DNA of 64,000 nucleotides from an uncultured Eubacteriales bacterium (GTDB lineage Bacteria; Bacillota; Clostridia; Christensenellales; UBA1242): NCBI GenBank assembly GCA_949031345.1, contig CARNVA010000008.1, positions 7,661 to 71,660 of the forward strand, read 5' to 3'. Shown piece by piece: positions 57,403 to 64,000 of this stretch (position 1 is its first letter; each line of letters starts with the position of its first letter). The notes under the pieces were generated by a model. It saw only the letters and a program-made list of their open reading frames with translations, ran no database searches and was not told where the DNA came from. The position numbers and the translations under genes were made by a program.

Positions 57403-58014
57403 TTAGTCATCAATACTTGGAAGCTCTACTTCATCCTCTTCAAAGCCTTCAAGCTCTGGGAATGGACTGCAAAGCTTATTCAATTTTTGTATTCTTTCAG
57501 AAATATCATTTATATCTTCATCAATTTCTTTTTTTCTTAATTTTGAACCATGCAATACAACCCCCATCGCTGAAACAGTTGTTGCCAAACCAAGATAATT
57601 TATAGAGCTGAAAACTCTTGTTGTCGTTTTTGTTGCAGCTGCACGCGACTCAAAATCTCCTAAAGCCTCTTTTTGCTCTTCACTGCCCTTCTCTTCAATG
57701 TATTTCTCTACACCATCATTCTTAAGCTCGTCAAACTTAATAATATATTCATCGTTTGTAATTTCTTTATTATTCAAAGCCTGGTCTATAGAAAGCTTTT
57801 CATCTTGAAAATATTCTTGATACTGTGCAGTAGCAGAAACAGTGTCTAAATAATCAGCTTTTTTGTTATTGTTGGAAATGCTAACACTTAAAGCACTTAT
57901 ATTACCTATTAAACTTAAGAGAGCAATGCCTAATCCTGTAAATGACAAAATGCGTCCTATTTTAAAAATCTGCTTACTGTTTTTAACCGTTCCATTATTA
58001 TTCTTTTTTGCCAT
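57403..58014 (-). CDS. 2-TM protein family P, copy 1 (203 aa)
   Basis: ATG 58014 lies behind GGATGGAGA. The layout is TM1, a roughly 100-aa helical domain (YQEYFQDEKLSIDQAL...FDELKNDGVEKYIEEKGSEEQKEAL), TM2 and an acidic tail. Confidence 0.75.
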   Translation of the reverse strand: MAKKNNNGTVKNSKQIFKIGRILSFTGLGIALLSLIGNISALSVSISNNNKKADYLDTVSATAQYQEYFQDEKLSIDQALNNKEITNDEYIIKFDELKNDGVEKYIEEKGSEEQKEALGDFESRAAATKTTTRVFSSINYLGLATTVSAMGVVLHGSKLRKKEIDEDINDISERIQKLNKLCSPFPELEGFEEDEVELPSIDD

Positions 58015-58044
58015 AACCATTCTCCATCCTGCTTTTGTAGAGCC

Positions 58045-58073
58045 ATTATAACACACTCTCCACAGTAAGTCAA
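58045..58073 (-). promoter_or_regulatory. promoter of family-P copy 1
   Basis: Minus strand reads TTGACT, a 17-nt spacer, then TATAAT. Confidence 0.65.
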
Positions 58074-58292
58074 TATCCCTTAAAAACTTTTTCCTTCAGT
58101 GAAGTTTTGGCAACATGGCTTTGGGCGATCGCCGCACCCAATAAACCTAAATCAACTTAAACATTATGAATATAAATTACTACGGCCAAATGCAAACTAA
58201 GATAATCCCGTTTATTCCATGATTTAAATAAAATGGTGAAAATATTAAAAAAAGATATAATTTTGGCTTTTTTAAGGATTTTTTTAAATATT

Positions 58293-58544
58293 TTAAGAAA
58301 TTTTTGTGTTTTTAAGCTCTTTTATATATCTTTGCGTAATTCTTTTCATATATTCTCTGCGTTCATTTTCTGTCATTTGCAAGAGCGCATTTGCGTCATA
58401 CAAACATGAATAATCTTTCTTGCCCTCTTCTATTGACGACACCTTCGCTTGAAACTCATGATCACTGTCATCCTTATATTCAAGGTTTTTGCTGCTGCGT
58501 TGCAGCTTTAAACTATCAAAAAATCGTTTAAAAATTCAGCTCAT
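58293..58544 (-). pseudogene. family-A-like gene, copy 3, with an in-frame TGA as its third codon
   Basis: GAGGA RBS, then ATG AGC TGA, then an open frame: IFKRFFDSLKLQRSSKNLEYKDDSDHEFQAKVSSIEEGKKDY...ENERREYMKRITQRYIKELKN. It keeps the family pattern DDSDxEFxxKV plus a helical C-terminus. The TGA is one substitution away from TGG. Confidence 0.5.
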
Positions 58545-58825
58545 TTATCCATCCTCATCCAATAAAAATCAACAAAAATATTATAGAGAATTTTGCCGAA
58601 TATTGCAATTTATTAAGTAGTGTTATTCTGTCGAAATCAGGTAAATTGCAGCGTTTTTTGTCGAATGAATTTTATAGTTAAAGCCTATTTAATATTTGTT
58701 CAAAACGAGCGTTTAAAAACACCATTATATTATTTCCAATCAAAGAAAATAACCGACAAACAAAAAAAGATGCCAATAAAACATCTTTTAAATTATTAAA
58801 TTTGATGATTAAACAATTAAAAACA

Positions 58826-59356
58826 TTATTCCATATTATTGTCTTCTTCAATCTCTTCTGGATATTGTTTTTTAATTTTTTCAAAGGTTGCACCCGCTGC
58901 AATAAGAGCTGCGAAAGTCGTAGTCATTCCAGCACCTACTACGCCAAGTCCACCATTAAAAACCTTTTCAGTTTTTTCAATTTCAACGTTATGGTGTTGC
59001 AACTCTGCCTTTTCTTCCGCTGATCCAAAAGCCTCAATATAATCTTCTTTCGCATTTTTCTCAAGTTTATCAAAAGCTAATTTATAACCATCTATATCAA
59101 GCTCGCCACTAAGAAAGGCATCATCAAGCTTTGATTTTTCATCTGCGAAATACTCTTGATAGGCAGCAACATTTACAGTTTCTTCAATATAATCATTTTT
59201 CTTACCTTGTGCAATATTGTCTGCAGTCAATCCACCAGTCATTCCAGCAAGTCCAAGAATCATTATGCCCATTCCTGTAATAGCAGCAATAATTCCTGCC
59301 TTATACATTTTTACAGCTTTCAAGAATCCTTCATCATTATTTTTCATATTATTCAT
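58826..59356 (-). CDS. 2-TM protein family P, copy 2 (about 173-176 aa)
   Basis: Same architecture as copy 1, with YQEYFADEKSKLDDAF...FDKLEKNAKEDYIEAFGSAEEKAEL. The start is 59356 or, more likely, 59347. Confidence 0.75.
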   Translation of the reverse strand: MNNMKNNDEGFLKAVKMYKAGIIAAITGMGIMILGLAGMTGGLTADNIAQGKKNDYIEETVNVAAYQEYFADEKSKLDDAFLSGELDIDGYKLAFDKLEKNAKEDYIEAFGSAEEKAELQHHNVEIEKTEKVFNGGLGVVGAGMTTTFAALIAAGATFEKIKKQYPEEIEEDNNME

Positions 59357-59444
59357 CCTTTATTTTTATTAAAAAGCATTATTTAAAAAAACTGTCTCAA
59401 ACCAGCACAATCAATTATCAATGCTCTTCTTTGCTTTCATTTTT

Positions 59445-59473
59445 ATTATACTACACCTCACTCATTAAGTCAA
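59445..59473 (-). promoter_or_regulatory. promoter of family-P copy 2
   Basis: Minus strand reads TTGACT, a 17-nt spacer, then TATAAT. The geometry matches the copy-1 promoter. Confidence 0.65.
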
Positions 59474-59570
59474 TACTCATTTTTATAAAACCGATGTTAA
59501 ATTTGGCTGAAATTTGAAATAATAAACGGCAATTTATGCCGCTTTAATATTATAATTTTTAGCAAAATTA

Positions 59571-60152
59571 TTATTTCTCATCAGACTCTTCATTCTCATA
59601 AATGTCTGGAAGAACTTCTTCATCTTCACCAAAATATTCCGCCATCTTAGTAGTCTCTTTGCTGTACTCACTTTCTTTATTTTCTCCCAAAAACATAAGC
59701 CCCACTCCTGCACAACCACCAATCACAGAAAGTGCTCCTAAACTTCCTCCAATGCTGTAGGCAACCTTATCAAGAGTCGTCTTTTTTTGTTCAAAGTAGT
59801 CTCTTCTATCTTTCTGTTCATCGCTTCCAAACTCGGCAATATAAGAAAGCACAGCTTTATCTTTAAGCTCGTCAAACTGCATCTGATAATTTTCAACTGT
59901 TAATTCCTTAGCGGCCAACATATCGTCCAGTTTTGCTTTTTCTCCGTCAAAATAAACTTGATAGCCTTCAGTTGCTCTCACCTCATCAAGAAATTGTTGA
60001 TTTTGACTTTCAATTGGCACATAAAATCCAAGCGAGCCTAAAAGCCACAGTTGTGATAATGCAAAACATCCAGCTGCTGCAAAAGAAAGTATAGCTCCAA
60101 TTTTAAACATCTTACTTGTTTTCAGCAAACCCAATCTTTCCGCTAATCCCAT
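59571..60152 (-). CDS. 2-TM protein family P, copy 3 (193 aa)
   Basis: ATG 60152 lies 6 nt after AAGGAG. The conserved segment is YQVYFDGEKAKLDDML...FDELKDKAVLSYIAEFGSDEQKD. It has two TM helices and an acidic tail. Confidence 0.75.
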   Translation of the reverse strand: MGLAERLGLLKTSKMFKIGAILSFAAAGCFALSQLWLLGSLGFYVPIESQNQQFLDEVRATEGYQVYFDGEKAKLDDMLAAKELTVENYQMQFDELKDKAVLSYIAEFGSDEQKDRRDYFEQKKTTLDKVAYSIGGSLGALSVIGGCAGVGLMFLGENKESEYSKETTKMAEYFGEDEEVLPDIYENEESDEK

Positions 60153-60166
60153 ATTTTCTCCTTTCA

Positions 60167-60211
60167 AATTACACTAATTATAATTACACTCTTTATAATT
60201 ACACTTATTAC
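60167..60211. repeat. three tandem 15-bp repeats (AATTACACT core) immediately upstream of the family-P copy-3 RBS
   Basis: AATTACACT occurs at 60167, 60182 and 60197, a period of 15. Confidence 0.8.
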
Positions 60212-60280
60212 TTATAATACTATTCGGGTTATTTTCTCGCCAACCACTAAAATAGAATTTATTTATAAAGCGAAATAACC

Positions 60281-60691
60281 TCAAACCTCTTTGTCAAAAT
60301 TATCAACAGTTTGACAAATATCCTCTTCTTTAATAATCTTTTTTGCTTTAATAGGCTTTTTTGATGCTTTAATTTTATATAAAGTAACCTCACCATCTAA
60401 ATAATCGAAATAATCAATAACTGAAGCACCATTTACTAGCTTAAGCGAAAACCCAACAGCATTCTTTGCCAACTCAGGTGGCACCATTTTCAAAATCTCA
60501 CCCTTGGTGTCATTATAATCGCCTTTATAGCCTATTGCTTTCAACTTAACTGGACATTTACAAATAGGGACAATCTTGCCTCTAAGCCTAATTTGGGACA
60601 TACTCGTGGCGTTTCTCACTCTCTGACTATCATCAATCTGATAAAGAGTATAACCTATTGGCCCTCTTTTCACATAGTATAAATTTTTCAT
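60281..60691 (-). CDS. hypothetical protein (136 aa)
   Basis: Long ORF with coding-like composition. No motif recognised. Confidence 0.6.
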   Translation of the reverse strand: MKNLYYVKRGPIGYTLYQIDDSQRVRNATSMSQIRLRGKIVPICKCPVKLKAIGYKGDYNDTKGEILKMVPPELAKNAVGFSLKLVNGASVIDYFDYLDGEVTLYKIKASKKPIKAKKIIKEEDICQTVDNFDKEV

Positions 60692-60897
60692 CTTTCCTCT
60701 GCTGTATATTTTAACATAAAATTAAGCACTTTTCAATAGCAATTGCAGTTTTTTTCAAAATTAGACCCTCATTTCTTTCAATCTTACAGTTTACAACTTA
60801 AACCATAATACTTTTGATGTATTTTCCATCTTTTTTTATTCACAAAATGCAAATAAAAAACACGAGCAAGCTCGTGGTCTTTTGATTAAATATATTT

Positions 60898-61198
60898 TTA
60901 GTTGCCGGCAAACAAGCCTTCTCTTTCTATCATTGACTTAGCTTTAAGATATTTCTCCATAGTTTCAAATAAATATCTTTCTCTTCCTTTTTCGTCAAGC
61001 TTTAAAATTTTTCTGTCATCCATCAAATACTTAAGTGGATTTTTACATTTGACATCACTTGCCAGAATGGCGCACCTTATCAGTAAAATCATTATCGTTT
61101 TCTCTGATTATCTTAATTCTTATATCCAAATTTGAGTTATTGTTTCCTTTGCTTAGCAGTCTATTTTTCGCTTTTATCGCCAAATCTTTCAAAAGCAT
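60898..61198 (-). pseudogene. family-A gene, copy 2, frameshifted
   Basis: ATG 61198 gives MLLKDLAIKAKNRLLSKGNNNSNLDIRIKIIRENDNDFTDKVRHSGK*. The family sequence continues in another frame (ILASDVKCKNPLKYLMDDRKILKLDEKGRERYLFETMEKYLKAKS). An indel lies near 61068-61072. The ATGATG start seen in copy 1 is also lost. Confidence 0.6.
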
Positions 61199-61485
61199 AC
61201 TATTTTTAATTTAACCTCCTTTCTTAAAATTTCTTGTATTTTTTACAACTGCTAAACGACTTATTTCTCAAAACTCTCTCAAAAAATAAGTTTTTTCTAC
61301 AATTAGTAACATACCTTTATATTATACACAATATATAGTAAAAATCAAGTTTCAATTATGGTGAAATTTGTAAAAGCTAGTCGAATTTTGTAGATTTTTC
61401 TTTTATTTTTCAATATATTCTTTGCTATAAAAAAGTCAGCCATCCGCATAAAAAAAGGACAACATAAGTTGTCTTTTTCTGTACA

Positions 61486-61842
61486 TTATCCCATTATACA
61501 AGCAAGCTTCTTGCTTGATTTTTCTTCAAAAAGTTTCATTTTGTCATAAATATCTTTCAATTTACTCTCGTCTGCACCTATCTGACTTTGAAGACCATTC
61601 AACTCAACTGCAAGCTTTTCAATTTCAATTATGTTTTCGCAAACCACTTGTGCTGCATCCAATAAATCCTCACTTTCTCCGCCTGCCTTCTTAAGCTTAT
61701 AAAGCTCAACCGCCAAATCGGTGTTGTCTTTTATGTTGGAATAAAGCATATCAATTTGTTGACGCAAATCTAAAATATGCTCTGCATTTTCGGTGCCATC
61801 TGCAGAAAACTCACCTTGCTTTTTAATCATTTTCTTTTCCAT
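61486..61842 (-). CDS. coiled-coil hypothetical protein (118 aa)
   Basis: ORF with heptad-like E/K/L composition. Confidence 0.55.
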   Translation of the reverse strand: MEKKMIKKQGEFSADGTENAEHILDLRQQIDMLYSNIKDNTDLAVELYKLKKAGGESEDLLDAAQVVCENIIEIEKLAVELNGLQSQIGADESKLKDIYDKMKLFEEKSSKKLACIMG

Positions 61843-62116
61843 ATTAAACCTTCTTAAATTTTAACTCTATTGATTATAACATATTAAAAAAATCAAGTCA
61901 AACAAAGCCAGCAAAACCTAAAACTTTATTTCTATTTTTGCAATATATTTATCTGCCTTCCGCTTTCCCTGGAATTTTTATTTAAGCAAACATATATTAA
62001 AAGAAGAAACATTTTTTATAAGTGAAAAAATATCTAGATCTAAACTTCACTTATAAATATTGATTTTTCAGACAAAAACATATATAATTAAAATAGCTTA
62101 TAACAAGGAGAAAAAA

Positions 62117-62770
62117 GTGGAATTAAACGACAACTATTTTAAGCATGAAGAGACTGAAAATAAGGGAAATATTAGCTTGAAAGAAATGGTAGACCTTTCA
62201 GATGACGAACAAATTTTATGGACTGGTAAGCCAAACAAAAAGGTATATCTCTTAGAACAATTTTTTAAAATGCTTCCTTTTGTAATTATTTGGTTGGCTT
62301 TTGACAGCTTCTTTATTTATATGATGATCTCAAATACAAATGGCAGCGCGCTCCCCCCAGGACTTATAGTGTTTTTCATAGCTTTCTTTGCCTTTCATCT
62401 CATGCCTGTCTGGTTTTGGCTTTCAAATCTTTTAACTGCCAGAAAACGCTTAAAAAATCTTGAATACGCTTTTACTAATACAAGAATAATTATAAAAAGC
62501 GGCTTCTTTGGTCAAATTGACAACATATTCTATTCTGAGATTTCATCAGTAAACATGCGAATTGGCTTTCTTGAAAAGATATTTCATGTTGGGGATATTT
62601 ATATCAGAACAACAGACTCAAAATTTTATACTCTCGAAAATCTTTCAGACCCATACTTTTTGACAAATAAACTGCAAAAAATCGTTGTTGACATAAAAAC
62701 AGACATTCAATTTCCAAACGACCTTCGCCCTGAAGAAAATCATGGTTATAAAACAAAGTATAAAAAATAA
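62117..62770 (+). CDS. membrane protein with a bacterial PH (bPH_2/YdbT-like) domain
   Basis: GTG 62117 lies 6 nt after AAGGAG. ILWTGKPNKK is followed by two TM helices and then a soluble domain (YAFTNTRIIIKSGFFGQ...GDIYI). Confidence 0.65.
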   Translation: MELNDNYFKHEETENKGNISLKEMVDLSDDEQILWTGKPNKKVYLLEQFFKMLPFVIIWLAFDSFFIYMMISNTNGSALPPGLIVFFIAFFAFHLMPVWFWLSNLLTARKRLKNLEYAFTNTRIIIKSGFFGQIDNIFYSEISSVNMRIGFLEKIFHVGDIYIRTTDSKFYTLENLSDPYFLTNKLQKIVVDIKTDIQFPNDLRPEENHGYKTKYKK

Positions 62771-62896
62771 ATTTAATAAATACCTACACAAAAAAACATT
62801 CTTTTATCTCAAAAACAATTATTAAAAGCCATAAAAACTTTTTATTAAAAAGCTTTTATAAAACAACATTCAATATATCTATAAAAATTATTTAAG

Positions 62897-62932
62897 AAAA
62901 AAATAACTTTCAGTTTTTGAAAGTTATTTTTT
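62897..62932. terminator. bidirectional terminator
   Basis: A 10-bp stem (AATAACTTTC / GAAAGTTATT) flanked by A and T runs. Confidence 0.75.
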
Positions 62933-63120
62933 AAGCAAGTATAAGTAAACTTTACTAAATAAAAGAAATAGTCACCAAGCGTAAGGCCCTTAAATAAAGG
63001 TTTGAAACTTATTCCAAAAAAGGTAGCCGAGCGTAAGGATCGCAAACATAAAAGTTGCACGAGTGTCCCATATATTGACATGTGTTTTGATTTATATTTT
63101 TTCCATCTATATAGATATTC

Positions 63121-63618
63121 TTATTTAATTTTATAAGTGAATTTAGATTTTATTCTCGTATAGGTTATAGTTATTTTACCATCATTATTCACTAAGTTTT
63201 GGCATTTATAAATACCATAAAAAATAAATCCTTGCTTTTCTCTACTGAAAACCATATATTGTCTTTGCCCAAGATTATCACTCAATGAAATATTACTTAA
63301 ACCATAATAGTAATTATTAGGATCCGAAATTAGTGTTCTAATCAAATATTTCCCTCTATTACTGATAGACTCTTTCCAAATAGTACCATCATTATAAATA
63401 TTATCATTATTTAATATAGTTACCCAAACAAATGTATTTTCCATCTCTTTACTTTTGAAAGTAATAGGTTTTAATATGTGTGTCAATCTTAAACTTGGAC
63501 TTTCATTACTTTGAAACATCTTCCAATGAAATATTTTTGGTCGACAAACGCCCATTACCATTTGGCCAGCATTTAAAGTTACACTTACTTCTTCATAAGT
63601 ATTTGGCATATCCCACAT
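63121..63618 (-). CDS. hypothetical protein (165 aa), beta-rich composition
   Basis: Long ORF. No motif recognised. Confidence 0.55.
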   Translation of the reverse strand: MWDMPNTYEEVSVTLNAGQMVMGVCRPKIFHWKMFQSNESPSLRLTHILKPITFKSKEMENTFVWVTILNNDNIYNDGTIWKESISNRGKYLIRTLISDPNNYYYGLSNISLSDNLGQRQYMVFSREKQGFIFYGIYKCQNLVNNDGKITITYTRIKSKFTYKIK

Positions 63619-63650
63619 CCTTTATAAACAAAATTAAATTTACTAACAAA

Positions 63651-63716
63651 TTTTTTCGCAAGGTCAATCCTTCTGAGTTTTATAAAATGATTAGTCTAAA
63701 TTAACCTTTTCATTCC
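63651..63716. repeat. direct repeat copy 1 (about 66 nt), upstream leader of 63121..63618
   Basis: TTTTTTCGCAAGGTCAATCCTTC...ACCTTTTCATTCC matches 63919..63985. Confidence 0.7.
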
Positions 63717-63918
63717 ATGCACTATTATTTCTCCCGCCCCAAACACTTTCACCTTAGTCACTTTCTCGCACTCTCACTCGCACTCTCGGGAAGATGTTTT
63801 GTGCAAACAAAACGCACGCACTGCGTGCTAGAACACTGCCACTGTTTATTTGTAACAAAAAAGCACCCTCGTGCGGATGCCTTCCTGATATTCCAGCAGT
63901 GTTCATTAGAAAAACAAA

Positions 63919-63985
63919 GTTTTTCGCAAGGGCAATCCTTCAAACTTAAAATAAAATTGACAACTCACATTGACCTTTTCATCCC
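63919..63985. repeat. direct repeat copy 2 (about 67 nt)
   Basis: GTTTTTCGCAAGGGCAATCCTTC...ACCTTTTCATCCC. The first roughly 25 nt are nearly identical to copy 1 and the rest are about 70% identical. Confidence 0.7.
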
Positions 63986-64000
63986 GGGCGTCCGGGAAGA

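Noticed and set aside
58536-58538. The in-frame TGA as evidence for genetic code 4 or 25 (TGA as Trp or Gly).
   Set aside because: TGA clearly ends real genes here (5669..6589, and 22497..24575 with its ATGA overlap). Long ORFs of up to 992 aa are uninterrupted under code 11. A TGG-to-TGA nonsense mutation is the simpler explanation.
62937-63120. Two copies of AGCGTAAGG (about 62979 and 63037) in the spacer before 63121..63618, considered as a small RNA or operator pair.
   Set aside because: Only 9 nt are shared and I could see no convincing flanking structure or promoter. The evidence is too weak to call.

Overview
This 64-kb window looks like chromosomal DNA from a low-GC Bacillota-type bacterium. 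It uses the standard bacterial code: TAA, TAG and TGA all end neighbouring genes. All calls below come from reading motifs by eye. No homology or covariance search was run, so family names are recollections of motif signatures.

Layout:
- (1) 1-9.7 kb is the right-hand part of a co-oriented, tightly packed element resembling a filamentous phage. It carries a Zot/pI-like ATPase, tiny hydrophobic peptides, large membrane-anchored proteins with BspA-type LRR and Listeria-Bacteroides repeats, and a hairpin-rich intergenic region. It also has an XRE regulator and a small DNA methyltransferase. It ends at a 3' half of a tRNA-Val-like gene, which I read as attR.
- (2) The rest is a mosaic of housekeeping genes and accessory loci. 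Housekeeping genes are tilS, T-box-controlled aspS, a RumA-type methyltransferase, engB, sufC plus a sufB/D gene, tRNA-Ala, a rhomboid protease, pnuC, a MOP flippase and a TetR-linked ABC exporter.

Most notable accessory loci:
- (a) A roughly 590-nt G+C-enriched, ORF-free transcription unit with its own consensus promoter and terminator. It lies directly upstream of a 4-TM DxxxD membrane protein. It is either an OLE/OapA-like pair or a new large RNA.
- (b) Three roughly 700-aa paralogues fuse a normally extracytoplasmic DUF6273-like module to a MoxR-type AAA+ core. One is interrupted by a single in-frame TAG. Two sit in an AraC-headed operon that ends in a translationally coupled SplB-like radical-SAM gene.
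- (c) A 139-aa catalytically dead mini-paralogue of that AAA core is co-transcribed with an HExxH-metallopeptidase/VWA protein. That protein is split by a roughly 230-aa Q/G/N-rich prion-like linker.
- (d) A G9 tract sits exactly in the 16-nt spacer of the TTGACA/TAAAAT promoter of a 992-aa surface protein. An A8 tract breaks the frame just after the start codon of a prophage LRR protein.
- (e) At 55-61 kb there are two small paralogous gene families with shared promoters. Several members are decayed.

No CRISPR array, rRNA, transposase or integrase was seen.
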